A program made the position numbers and the translations under genes. The notes under the pieces were generated by a model that searched no databases, was not told where the DNA came from, and saw nothing but the letters and a program-made list of their open reading frames with translations. From a virus, in IMG/VR virus record IMGVR_UViG_3300028883_000003, positions 54,181 to 118,180 of that record: a stretch of DNA of 64,000 nucleotides; one strand, given 5' to 3'. This document shows positions 7,476-17,213 of the stretch, piece by piece. Each line of letters starts with the position of its first letter. Position 1 is the stretch's first letter.

Positions 7476-9617
7476 GTGGCTTTATACGGGAATCGAACCA
7501 GATATAAGACTGGAAAAAAACATAAAACTATTATTCGTTCATCCAAGCCAGTAAAAAACGTTGTTGCTGATGTAGATAAAAATATAGCTAATGCTGTAGC
7601 TATTCATACAGTTGTTAATTCGCGTACTGCTACGTCTGTTTTGACAACAGTTAATGATTATCAAAATCCTGACCTAAACAACAGAACAACAGTTGTTAAT
7701 TTGTCCAGACAGTTGCGTTCTATTGAGGGCATATGTGCTTCAGTAGCAGACCTGTTGGCAGATTTTGGTGTGACCAAAGGTGCCTATTATTCTGACAGCG
7801 AAGAATTAAAACTTATGTTAAACAAGTGGGCTAATTTTGTAAATGGTCCAATTGCTTTGTCCAAACAAAAAGGAGTGGTTTTTCCTGTTCCCGGAATAAG
7901 ATCATTGTCACGTAAAATTTTTGATGATTATATTACGGATGGTGATGCTGTCTTTACTTTGTTTTGGAAAAATGGTGTGAAGATGGACCCTAATGACACA
8001 GAGTCTTATTTCATACCTGTGTCCATAAAAACATTAGACACCGCTTCTTTGACAATTGATCCTGATTTAGCTAGTCTTGGTGTTGAGCGAATTGAGTTAA
8101 AATTCAGCAACGACACTTTAAAGCGTATTAAAGAACCTACTACGGATGCCGATAAGTTTTTAAGGGATAGTTTGCCTAAAGAGTGGTTAAAATTTATCAA
8201 TAGTGGTGAGTCAATTATTTTGGATGCAAACGTAACTTATCATTTAAAGCGTAATGGGAAAGATTGGAAGGCATGGGGAGAGCCTTTATTCTTAAAGGCA
8301 TTTAGTGCTGTTGCAGCTAAACGAAGATTACAAGCCGTAGACGATGCAACTATTGATGGTCTTATTAATCGTTTTACTGTTTTTAAGTTAGGTCTTGAAG
8401 ATAAAGATAAAAATCCGGCTTATCACATTCCTTCTAATGCTCGTACTCAAGCACTAATTGAAATTTTAACTAGTTCAAAAAGAACTAATGCTATCGTTTG
8501 GCCGGGTCCAGATTTGGATATTATGGATATTGGTCCAGACGGTAAAATTTTGGAGTTTGACCAAAAGTATAAACAAGCTGATATTGATATCTTAAGAGCC
8601 CTGCACGTATCTCCTCTTTTGATTGATGGAGGTTCTACTGGACAATCTGCCAGAGACTGGGCTGCTTTTGTGAGTACTGAAGTTGGACTTGATGCTATTC
8701 GCAATGAATTAGAGCAGACCTTTACACAAATCGGTAAAGAAATAGCATTGGCCAATAAAATGGATTATGAGCAGCTTTATTACAAATTTGATACCCAAAT
8801 GTTGAAGGATGAAAAAGCCGTAAGAGACTTTGCATTAAAAGTTTTTGAGCTTGGTGGTTTATCTGTGGAAACATTTGTTCGCACCATGGGGTATGATTTT
8901 AACACCGAGAAAACACTCAAAGAACGAGAGCAGTCAAGTGGTGTTTCTGATTTGTTTGTTAATCCTAATGTTCCGGGGTTTACTGGAAAAACACCAGATG
9001 GCGGCGATGGTCGTCCGCCGGGGAGTACTGATGACGAACCAAGGGAAGATAAAGATAAGTCTGCTGCTTCTAACCCGTTGGATAATGTTACTGTTTTTTA
9101 TGGGATGTACAAACGAACATTTGATTCTGTTATAAAAAACGTTAACTATCACTTGGCCATTAACCAAAAAAACATGGCCACTATGACTCTTATAGCAGGC
9201 TTTAACCAATTTAAACTTTTGGTTGATTCACAATTAAACAATACATTTTTGAAATATTCTGGTGGTAATGTAACGGGGTATTTGGAAAAGTTATTGCAGT
9301 GGAATGAAAATTATATTACTCGTTTTTATCAACAGGCAGCAACGGCTTTAGAAACAAGTCAAGAAGATTTCAATTTGTTGGCTAAAAAAAGCGATGAGCG
9401 TATTTTGATGTATGCACAGGAAAGTTTTAGAAAGGCCAAGTGGGTTGGTTTGATGGCATTGGCTAAACTAGAAGGCAAAACCAAAGCTATTTGGTCTTGT
9501 GATAACCCGCAAAATATAACATGTGTTGAAAACAATGGAAAATCTTTTGATTTGGATATTTTGGTTGGCATGTTTCCAAGTCATCCTAATTGCAAGTGCA
9601 CATTGGAGTTTATGTAA
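7476..9617 (+). CDS. Portal protein with a C-terminal Mu gpF/SPP1 gp7-like minor head domain
   Basis: Follows TerL; portal-like body ends at a low-complexity GRP linker (about aa 500-530); C-terminus W...C...NGKSF...PSHPNCKC. Confidence 0.8.
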   Translation: MALYGNRTRYKTGKKHKTIIRSSKPVKNVVADVDKNIANAVAIHTVVNSRTATSVLTTVNDYQNPDLNNRTTVVNLSRQLRSIEGICASVADLLADFGVTKGAYYSDSEELKLMLNKWANFVNGPIALSKQKGVVFPVPGIRSLSRKIFDDYITDGDAVFTLFWKNGVKMDPNDTESYFIPVSIKTLDTASLTIDPDLASLGVERIELKFSNDTLKRIKEPTTDADKFLRDSLPKEWLKFINSGESIILDANVTYHLKRNGKDWKAWGEPLFLKAFSAVAAKRRLQAVDDATIDGLINRFTVFKLGLEDKDKNPAYHIPSNARTQALIEILTSSKRTNAIVWPGPDLDIMDIGPDGKILEFDQKYKQADIDILRALHVSPLLIDGGSTGQSARDWAAFVSTEVGLDAIRNELEQTFTQIGKEIALANKMDYEQLYYKFDTQMLKDEKAVRDFALKVFELGGLSVETFVRTMGYDFNTEKTLKEREQSSGVSDLFVNPNVPGFTGKTPDGGDGRPPGSTDDEPREDKDKSAASNPLDNVTVFYGMYKRTFDSVIKNVNYHLAINQKNMATMTLIAGFNQFKLLVDSQLNNTFLKYSGGNVTGYLEKLLQWNENYITRFYQQAATALETSQEDFNLLAKKSDERILMYAQESFRKAKWVGLMALAKLEGKTKAIWSCDNPQNITCVENNGKSFDLDILVGMFPSHPNCKCTLEFM

Positions 9618-10015
9618 TGGAATTAGATCATACTAAAAGAGAGCAAGCAATACAGGAGTTAGAAAATATCAGTTTTGTTCGAGAGTCTGGCCAATACCAG
9701 ATGTCCACTGGACATATTATAACTAGGCTTTTACCAAATCTTTTAACATCCTCTTATTGCCAAATATTTGAATCAGTTTACAATGAGTATAGTAATAAAC
9801 CGAATGGAATGCCTGTTCATACTCATTCAGAATCGCGTGAAGTATTTTATCAATTAAAAGGGCAATCTAATTTTTCAGATGGTTCAGTTTTGAATCAGGG
9901 GGAAATAAAAATTATCGAAGCGGGGGAAGAGCACGGTGTTGTCTTAAGTGCTGGTTCAGCATTAGTAATTATAGCTCATCCACCCATTAAATCATTACCA
10001 AAAGGGAGTGACTAA
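9617..10015 (+). CDS. Cupin-domain protein
   Basis: PVHTHSESREVFYQLKG and GEIKIIEAGEEHGV cupin motifs; ATG at 9617 is coupled to the portal stop. Confidence 0.8.
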   Translation: MELDHTKREQAIQELENISFVRESGQYQMSTGHIITRLLPNLLTSSYCQIFESVYNEYSNKPNGMPVHTHSESREVFYQLKGQSNFSDGSVLNQGEIKIIEAGEEHGVVLSAGSALVIIAHPPIKSLPKGSD

Positions 10016-10374
10016 TGGTTGATTCTCAAGTTTTACTTAAGTTTCAAGAAGACATCAATGAATTGAGATCAAAGGTACAGGCTATAGAAATTCAAGTTGC
10101 ATTAATTCCGCCTGCTGAACTGTTGCAGTTTAAGGGAAAAGTATTACAGGCTTTAAAAACAATTAATGATGATATAAAAAAAATAAGTAGTGGATATGCA
10201 GAATTATCTAAAGCACAAGTGCAGCAAGATAGTTCTTTTATAGAAAAAATTGGTAAGCTGGACACTAGAATTGTGGTGTTGACTACTAAAGTAGCAATTT
10301 ATGCCACTATTTTGGCAACCATTCTTACTGTAGTTTTTAGTTCTTTGATTCAATATATGATAGGTAAATTTTAA
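10015..10374 (+). CDS. Holin-like / XhlA-like membrane protein
   Basis: Coiled-coil N-terminus plus a single C-terminal TM helix (VAIYATILATILTVVFSSLI). Confidence 0.5.
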   Translation: MVDSQVLLKFQEDINELRSKVQAIEIQVALIPPAELLQFKGKVLQALKTINDDIKKISSGYAELSKAQVQQDSSFIEKIGKLDTRIVVLTTKVAIYATILATILTVVFSSLIQYMIGKF

Positions 10375-13300
10375 ATGCACAAACTAATTGTTTTGTCAGC
10401 AATGTTTTTGGCTTTATTGTCGTTGTTTTTAGCTGTACCATCTTTGGCTACAGTAAATGTTTCGTTGACAATTAGTCAAGCAGATGCTACATATTTACGA
10501 GCCATACCAATTCAGGACTCGGCAGGTCGAGGAGTTTCTGAAAATTGGGGGTTAGCCCTAAATGCCACCAAAGATACTTTAATTTGGGTAGACTTATCTG
10601 GTGCTGCTCTTGGCTCCAGCATTTCTGCATCAGAGTTAGCTGATGAGGATTGGGGAGATGTCTCGATTTCCTCTGGCGTGGCTAGTGTTGAAGATTTAAC
10701 AATTTCTGGCGAAACCGCTGGTGATATTTTACATTTTAATGGTTCTAATTGGGTACGTTTAGCCATTGGTACTGTTGGCCAAGTGTTAACTGTCAATAGT
10801 GGAGAAACTGCTCCAGAGTGGGATGCTGCTGGTGGTGGAATTGCCGATCTTGCTACGCTATTTGCTTATTTCCATCGAGATTACTTTGATACTACTTCGG
10901 ATATTGTTGGTGATTCAATTACGGTTTTATTGGCTGACTCTGCTGGTATTTCTTTGAAGGCTGTTCAAGATGCTAGTGGCAATACAATAACAACTACTTA
11001 TGCCCCAGTTGCTACTCCTACGTTTACTACTTCAATTGGAATTGGTTCGACAACCATAACTGAAGCTGAATTGGCTGCTTTGGATAGTGTTGCCAGTGTT
11101 GACGGGTTGGCTATAACTGGTCAGACAGCTGGTGACATTCTGTGTTTCTATGGTGGAGCTTGGAATTTAGTAAATGCTGGTTCGGCTGGTCAGGTTTTGG
11201 AGATGCAAACTGGCGACACGACTGTTGGTTGGGGGACCGATGATGGTGCTGGTGCGGCCTCAATTGAAAACGATGTATATGGTTCTGGCTGGAACGATGA
11301 TATTACAAATGGTGCTTCTCAAAATGCTATTTATGATTATTTACATCAAATGGACACAGATGATGATGGTGATATTGATAATTTAGATGGTACTTTTATT
11401 GATGCTGGTGGAACTCAAGCATTAACAGGTAGCTGGGCTGCTGGTGATTTTAATATAACAGGTTTAAATAAGGTTGAAACTGATTCTATTCAGTTTACTA
11501 GCCACATGATTGTGGGAGCAACGGCAATTACTCCGACTGAAGTTAGCTATTTATCTGGCGTTACGTCGGCTATTCAGACTCAACTTGATGGTCAGGATGA
11601 AATCACGGAGTTAGGTTCTGGAAACTGGAAGGTTTATTACTCCAATGGTTCAGGAGCAATTATAGAATTAGCACTTGGTACTAATGGGCAGGTTTTAACT
11701 TCCAATGGTACTACATCTGCTCCCACCTTCGAAACCCCTTCTGGTTCTGGTCTTACATATTTTACCGAAGGTGATGATAACGATACTTCAACATTTACAG
11801 CCACTGCCCCGAATACTGTTATAGGTTTTGCCAGTTCAATAACTATGCAGGGAAACTCTGTTGATGGTGCTCAGCATATTACTGCGGACACTGTTTTTGC
11901 TGATGTCTATTTATCTACGGGTGATGTGTCTGGTAGTATTACACTTGAAGGAATTACTTCGGGTGGCTTTACCTTGGGAGTTCTCGATGTTGCTGGTAGT
12001 CTTGTTGATGTGTATCTTCCTACGGTAGATGGTACTCAAAACCAATTTTTGATGTCGGATTCCGGGGCCGGTACTGATAGTTTGGTGTGGGCAACAATAG
12101 ATTTTTCATTTGTTAGTGGAGAGATTGCCGATACTCAGATTGCTGATGGTGCTGTAGATGGTGGTTCAGGTGGCGAGATTGCCGATCACACAATTGATGC
12201 TAATGATATTAAGTGGACTTCCACACCGGGTTCGGGAGAAGATGATTATCTTGTTTCTTACGACTATGCCAGTGAAAGTTTTACAGCCGTCGCAGGAGGA
12301 GCGGGTGAAATTAACACAGCCTCTAACCAAGGAGCTGGTTATAAATTATATGAACAAAAAACAACTTATGATCTTGAATTCAAAACCATTACAGCGGGTA
12401 CTGGCATTTCTTTAGATACGGCCACTGCTAATCAGTTAAATATTTCGATTAGTTCAATTGATTCCACTTTGTTTAACCAAACTCAAACTGATGCCTATGT
12501 GAATTTATTAGTAAATGGTTATATTGACACTACAACTTTGGACACTATTGAATATTCCCATAAAGCAATTGCTGATGCGAGTGGTAACACGATAACAACC
12601 ACTTATGCTCCTATAGATAACCCGACGTTTACTACCGCAATTACGATAGGTTCGGCTGGTATAAGTGAAACAGAGTTGGAGATTTTGGATGGTGCCACTG
12701 TTACAACTACGGAACTTAATGTGCTTAGTGGCATTCCCGGAACCTTGACAGTTACCGAACTTGGGTATGTTGATGGTGTTACTTCATCAATACAAAATCA
12801 GATAAATGCAATTGCTGTGTTTTGGGACACTGTTACTAATGCTAATACTTTGCAAGCTACGGGTACTACTGATTCTGCATTTTTGCGAATAATAAATGAT
12901 GGTGACTCTGTTACTAGATTTAGTGCTCCTACTGGGGCTAAGTTTAGTTTTGAGGGAGACGGAATTTGGACAAATATACCATATTTAAGTTCGGATACAG
13001 TTGCTGCGGCTGTGTTTGATATGACTGGTGGTAAGATACTTGATGGTTCTGACGATATACAAAGTTTTTCTGCTGGGGACTTAGAGGTTTTGAGCAATTC
13101 TTTATATATAAAACAGGATGCTGTTGATACAACCGAATTAAATATGGGGCTATCTGGAATCTTTACTGGGAGTATTTTATATAGTGGTTCATTAGAAATT
13201 CCTAATAGTGACAACCCTACTACTGATGCATCCGGCGAACTTGCAGTTGACCAAAATGCTTCTGCTCTTGAGGTTTATGACAGTACACAAACAGTTTCTG

Positions 13301-13674
13301 TTTTAATACCGTTGTACAACCCTATTCAAGCTGCAATTGCTTCTCCTGATTTACTAGAGGATACCATTACTATTTTTCAGGTTAATTCTTTATTATATCC
13401 GTATGGTATTGGTTTGTTGCAGGCAGAATTAATTGTTAATGATACTGGAACCGCTTATTCAATTCAGCTTGAAGAATGGACAGGAAAGCAACACAGAGCA
13501 AGAGCGGGATATATAGATACACTAACAACAACATCTGATTCTTCTTATACGAGTTCTATTTCGTTTAATGATGGTGACTTTGCTACGGGTAACCAAATTA
13601 GAGCAATAGTGCCATCTACCGAAGTTGACGAAATATACCTTTCTTTAGTATTCTTTGTCAAAGAGGGTGATTAA
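10375..13674 (+). CDS. Signal-peptide-bearing tail/head-fibre-like protein (1099 aa)
   Basis: Sec signal MHKLIVLSAMFLALLSLFLAVPSLA; fibre repeats GxxGQVLT (x3), DASGNTITTTYAP (x2) and TE(L/V)xxL(D/S)GxT. Confidence 0.75.
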   Translation: MHKLIVLSAMFLALLSLFLAVPSLATVNVSLTISQADATYLRAIPIQDSAGRGVSENWGLALNATKDTLIWVDLSGAALGSSISASELADEDWGDVSISSGVASVEDLTISGETAGDILHFNGSNWVRLAIGTVGQVLTVNSGETAPEWDAAGGGIADLATLFAYFHRDYFDTTSDIVGDSITVLLADSAGISLKAVQDASGNTITTTYAPVATPTFTTSIGIGSTTITEAELAALDSVASVDGLAITGQTAGDILCFYGGAWNLVNAGSAGQVLEMQTGDTTVGWGTDDGAGAASIENDVYGSGWNDDITNGASQNAIYDYLHQMDTDDDGDIDNLDGTFIDAGGTQALTGSWAAGDFNITGLNKVETDSIQFTSHMIVGATAITPTEVSYLSGVTSAIQTQLDGQDEITELGSGNWKVYYSNGSGAIIELALGTNGQVLTSNGTTSAPTFETPSGSGLTYFTEGDDNDTSTFTATAPNTVIGFASSITMQGNSVDGAQHITADTVFADVYLSTGDVSGSITLEGITSGGFTLGVLDVAGSLVDVYLPTVDGTQNQFLMSDSGAGTDSLVWATIDFSFVSGEIADTQIADGAVDGGSGGEIADHTIDANDIKWTSTPGSGEDDYLVSYDYASESFTAVAGGAGEINTASNQGAGYKLYEQKTTYDLEFKTITAGTGISLDTATANQLNISISSIDSTLFNQTQTDAYVNLLVNGYIDTTTLDTIEYSHKAIADASGNTITTTYAPIDNPTFTTAITIGSAGISETELEILDGATVTTTELNVLSGIPGTLTVTELGYVDGVTSSIQNQINAIAVFWDTVTNANTLQATGTTDSAFLRIINDGDSVTRFSAPTGAKFSFEGDGIWTNIPYLSSDTVAAAVFDMTGGKILDGSDDIQSFSAGDLEVLSNSLYIKQDAVDTTELNMGLSGIFTGSILYSGSLEIPNSDNPTTDASGELAVDQNASALEVYDSTQTVSVLIPLYNPIQAAIASPDLLEDTITIFQVNSLLYPYGIGLLQAELIVNDTGTAYSIQLEEWTGKQHRARAGYIDTLTTTSDSSYTSSISFNDGDFATGNQIRAIVPSTEVDEIYLSLVFFVKEGD

Positions 13675-14939
13675 TGCGGTATATATTATATTTATTGTTA
13701 TTGTGTTTGCTTGTACCAACTATTGACGGTGCGGATTGGTCTTTTACTATTTCAGGGGATGATACCGCCGACGTTGACGATGCTGATTTATGGAGCACGT
13801 CATCTACGTTACTTCGTGGTGATACTTCTACAACGATGTGGGTAGGGACCAATAGTGGGGAACGTTGCGGTTGGGTTCATTTCGTAAATTTAGATGATAG
13901 TCTTGCCACATATCCGGGAGTTGTTGATTCTATCCTTTTGATTGCTGCTATTGGTGCAGGCGAGCCACTGATTGACACTACCGGGGATGACGATTCTCTC
14001 TGGTTACTTGTGTCCCCTGTCAGAAAAATCCCGGTTGAGGCAGAGGTTTCGTGGGACACTTGTAACAGCGGGGAGGAATGGACAACTGCTGGTGCTAAAG
14101 ATATTTCGGATGCGTATCAGACGGCCTTAGATACGACAGGCCCTATTGTGTTTGAAGACTATTCATCTCTTGACACTGTGCATTTATGGGTGGACCCACA
14201 AAGCTTACTGAACAGCAATAACGGCTGGATTATTCGCCCACTTTGCGAAGGTGATGGTAATATTCAGGTGGTTTTTGCAACAAGTGAGGATGGTAATCCG
14301 GGGTTTTCTTTGGTTGTTTACGGGCATACAGAGGCAATAGTAAGTGCAACAACAGATACAGTTTCTTATAGCTATAATGATGCTGGTTTTACAACAGTGT
14401 GGAGTACGACTGGTACGACTGGCAGGCTTGGAGAAACTGGGATGGGTGATTGGTATAAGTCCTGTATAAGGTTTACAAGTATTAATGTTGACACAAATGC
14501 CACGGTTGATTCGGCTTTTATATATGTTACCGGTGGTGGTTTAGGGTCGGGATTTGGGAGTATATATGCCAGAATTTATGCTGTTAATGTAGGCGATGCT
14601 GATCCATTTACTACAGCGGTATTTTATGATAGTTTGCTTACTAATCATAAAACGTCTGCATATGTTAATTGGACTACCGACTTCAATTGGTCACCGACTG
14701 GGTCAAATAAAAGTCCTGATATTAAAACTGTTGTACAAGAAGTATTTGATAGGCCTGATTGGGTTATGAGCAATGCTCTTGCTTTTTTGTTTGCTGCTAA
14801 TGGGACTACTACTACCAACGGCGAATATGTTGTTTACAAAACTTATGATGGTAGTGCGTCAACGGCACCATCGTTAGTTTTGTACTTAACTAACCCAGTA
14901 ACTGGACGTTCTACAATAATTCGAATTAATGCGGGCTAA
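13674..14939 (+). CDS. Secreted protein with two DNRLRE-like beta-sandwich domains
   Basis: Signal MRYILYLLLLCLLVPTIDG; DADL...WVG...GWVHF and ...SCIRFTSI...ATVDSAFI...APSLVL patterns. Confidence 0.6.
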   Translation: MRYILYLLLLCLLVPTIDGADWSFTISGDDTADVDDADLWSTSSTLLRGDTSTTMWVGTNSGERCGWVHFVNLDDSLATYPGVVDSILLIAAIGAGEPLIDTTGDDDSLWLLVSPVRKIPVEAEVSWDTCNSGEEWTTAGAKDISDAYQTALDTTGPIVFEDYSSLDTVHLWVDPQSLLNSNNGWIIRPLCEGDGNIQVVFATSEDGNPGFSLVVYGHTEAIVSATTDTVSYSYNDAGFTTVWSTTGTTGRLGETGMGDWYKSCIRFTSINVDTNATVDSAFIYVTGGGLGSGFGSIYARIYAVNVGDADPFTTAVFYDSLLTNHKTSAYVNWTTDFNWSPTGSNKSPDIKTVVQEVFDRPDWVMSNALAFLFAANGTTTTNGEYVVYKTYDGSASTAPSLVLYLTNPVTGRSTIIRINAG

Positions 14940-14940
14940 T

Positions 14941-16401
14941 ATGAAACTTTTTTTTATTTTGTTTTTTATGCTGTTGTTTCCTTCGTTGCTATTTGCAGAA
15001 GTTGACACGGTTTATGATACAATTTATACTTCCACAGATGACGCCCAATTTTTTACTAGTTTGGTAACGGATAGCAATTACTTACGAGCCGGTCAAGCTT
15101 CTAGCGGGTATTTTTTTAACGCTTTGTTACGTTTTGACAATTTACCTATGAAACAAGGTGAGTATCTTGTTAGTGTTGATTTATACTTGTTTGATTTGGC
15201 GTCAGACACAACCATTGGAGAGCCAAGTTTAATAATTAAGTTAGAAGACACAGGCAATTCAACAACTTTTAGTGATTCGGCTGATTATGTTAGTAGGCAT
15301 TGGACAACTGATAGTGTAAATTGGACTGTTACAAGGCCGGAGGGGCTTTATGGTTGGGAATTTGACCCTCGTTACAACAATTATACTGCTGTAACGTCTT
15401 TAGCTCCTTTGTTTCAGACTATTGTGGATAGAGCAGATTTTGATTCTAGTCAGGCAATAACAGTTCGAATTTTTGATAGGCCTTTATATGAGGATGCTTA
15501 TACTACTTTTTATTCCTTTGATGGTGATTCTGCAAAAGCCCCATATTTAGTTATCGTTAGGGTAATACCAAGCACTGATAGTTGTAAAACATACATATGT
15601 ATGTGTGACACAACCTCAATAAGAGACACCTATATACCAGATGGTGAAACTGTTTCTGATACAATGCGGGTTATTTTTTATGTTGCATGCACTCCCGATA
15701 GTGTGCCAAAAGTGTCAGATTCAATTATTGCAGCAGCAGTGGACTCTCTAAATGGTAGTCGACTCTTAGGAAGAGCAAAAATTTATATAAAGTATGATAT
15801 TTTACATATTTATTCTTCTTATTTTACAAACCACGTAATAAATTCTATTGATGCTGAAGCGTTTAAGGGGCTGTATAGTGTACATTTAGATTCTGCGGCA
15901 GCTCACTATTCTGTGGATATAAATGTTGGGGTTTACACGTTTGGTACGTACCCGTGGGACGCGGCTTCTAATCCTTACGATGGCACTTATGGAGCGTGGA
16001 ACGGTGCAACCCCACAAAGAATTTCACATGAGCTTTTGCATACGTTTGGGCTTATGCATACAAACATTGGTACTTTTAGTGAAGTGCTTGGCCCACCTAT
16101 AGATGATGATTTTTTATGTGGCCCATGTTGGGAGTACCCTGTTGAGTATGGACAAAGTGATTCTGTTAGAAATGAGATTGGGGATAAATGCTCAGATACT
16201 GATCCTAGCCCAAAAGTAACACCGGGATTTGTGTGTGGGAGTGATGCATATGATAGTACAAAGTCTGATTCTTTGATTATGCGATCTGTACCACACTCTA
16301 CGCTTGGATTGGCAATTACAGCACAACAGGCTGGTAGAGTACGATGTCATACAAGGTATTGGTTTCCGGGTTGGTATATTTTTATGGGAGAAACACAATA
16401 A
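14941..16401 (+). CDS. Secreted DNRLRE-like domain plus metzincin (M43/pappalysin-like) metalloprotease
   Basis: Signal MKLFFILFFMLLFPSLLFA; HELLHTFGLMH zinc motif; GDKCSDT; Met-turn SLIMRS; many Cys. Confidence 0.75.
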   Translation: MKLFFILFFMLLFPSLLFAEVDTVYDTIYTSTDDAQFFTSLVTDSNYLRAGQASSGYFFNALLRFDNLPMKQGEYLVSVDLYLFDLASDTTIGEPSLIIKLEDTGNSTTFSDSADYVSRHWTTDSVNWTVTRPEGLYGWEFDPRYNNYTAVTSLAPLFQTIVDRADFDSSQAITVRIFDRPLYEDAYTTFYSFDGDSAKAPYLVIVRVIPSTDSCKTYICMCDTTSIRDTYIPDGETVSDTMRVIFYVACTPDSVPKVSDSIIAAAVDSLNGSRLLGRAKIYIKYDILHIYSSYFTNHVINSIDAEAFKGLYSVHLDSAAAHYSVDINVGVYTFGTYPWDAASNPYDGTYGAWNGATPQRISHELLHTFGLMHTNIGTFSEVLGPPIDDDFLCGPCWEYPVEYGQSDSVRNEIGDKCSDTDPSPKVTPGFVCGSDAYDSTKSDSLIMRSVPHSTLGLAITAQQAGRVRCHTRYWFPGWYIFMGETQ

Positions 16402-16402
16402 A

Positions 16403-17182
16403 ATGAACAAAAGCTTTTTTGTGTGTTTATTGTTTTTTTTGATAATTTTTACAGAATTTTCACTTGGTTATGATTCTGCAATAGTTTCGGTTAGTAACGA
16501 CGTGTCTTTAATGGCCAGAGCCGATGCTAATTATACATTCGGTTTGGGGTCTGTATTAAACGTTTATGAAGATGGTATAGGTGCTAATAGAATGACATCT
16601 TTAATAAATATTAATCCAGATTCAATACCTAGTGGTGTTATTCGTCAAGTCAAATTATTTTTGTATAGTTCTACAAATCAGTTAACAACTTTGTACCCAA
16701 GGCTTGATAGTGTAACTGTGGAGGCCCATCGAGTAAAAGAGAATTGGGATTATTATGACACGATTGGCACACTTGCTTCAGGATATAATTTTTCTCCTAG
16801 TTGGCATTATAGAGACACGACTGATATCACAGACACTTTTCCCGTATTGGGTGGAACTCCTTGGTCTGACACCGCTGCTTTTTACCCAACGTCTTCGTAT
16901 ATATTACCAGAAGGCTCAGTAGTGGTGGATTCTTCTTCTGACGCAGAATTTGAACTTACATTGTCCCCTCATACAATGACATATTATAGAGATAATCCAG
17001 ATTTTTGTAATGGGTGGGTACTTACAGCACAGAGCACAGGTAACCAAGGGGAACATTGGAAGAGGCAGTTTTATAGCTCTAAATCGCAAGAACCCTCTAA
17101 GCAACCTTATTATTTAATTGTATATGATGGGTCTGCCCCAAAATTCAAAAATGTTGATGTGTCAGGGGACATAGAATTTTAA
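16403..17182 (+). CDS. Secreted DNRLRE-like domain protein
   Basis: Likely start at 16403, MNKSFFVCLLFFLIIFTEFSLG; ...VEAHRVKENWD...NGWVL...FYSSKS...QPYYLI pattern. Confidence 0.6.
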   Translation: MNKSFFVCLLFFLIIFTEFSLGYDSAIVSVSNDVSLMARADANYTFGLGSVLNVYEDGIGANRMTSLININPDSIPSGVIRQVKLFLYSSTNQLTTLYPRLDSVTVEAHRVKENWDYYDTIGTLASGYNFSPSWHYRDTTDITDTFPVLGGTPWSDTAAFYPTSSYILPEGSVVVDSSSDAEFELTLSPHTMTYYRDNPDFCNGWVLTAQSTGNQGEHWKRQFYSSKSQEPSKQPYYLIVYDGSAPKFKNVDVSGDIEF

Positions 17183-17213
17183 TATGGCGTACAATTTTAA
17201 TGGAGTAGAATAA

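Noticed and set aside
10966-12660. Duplicated fibre segments as a DGR template/variable repeat pair
   Set aside because: Differences are mostly synonymous and not confined to adenines; no reverse transcriptase in the window.
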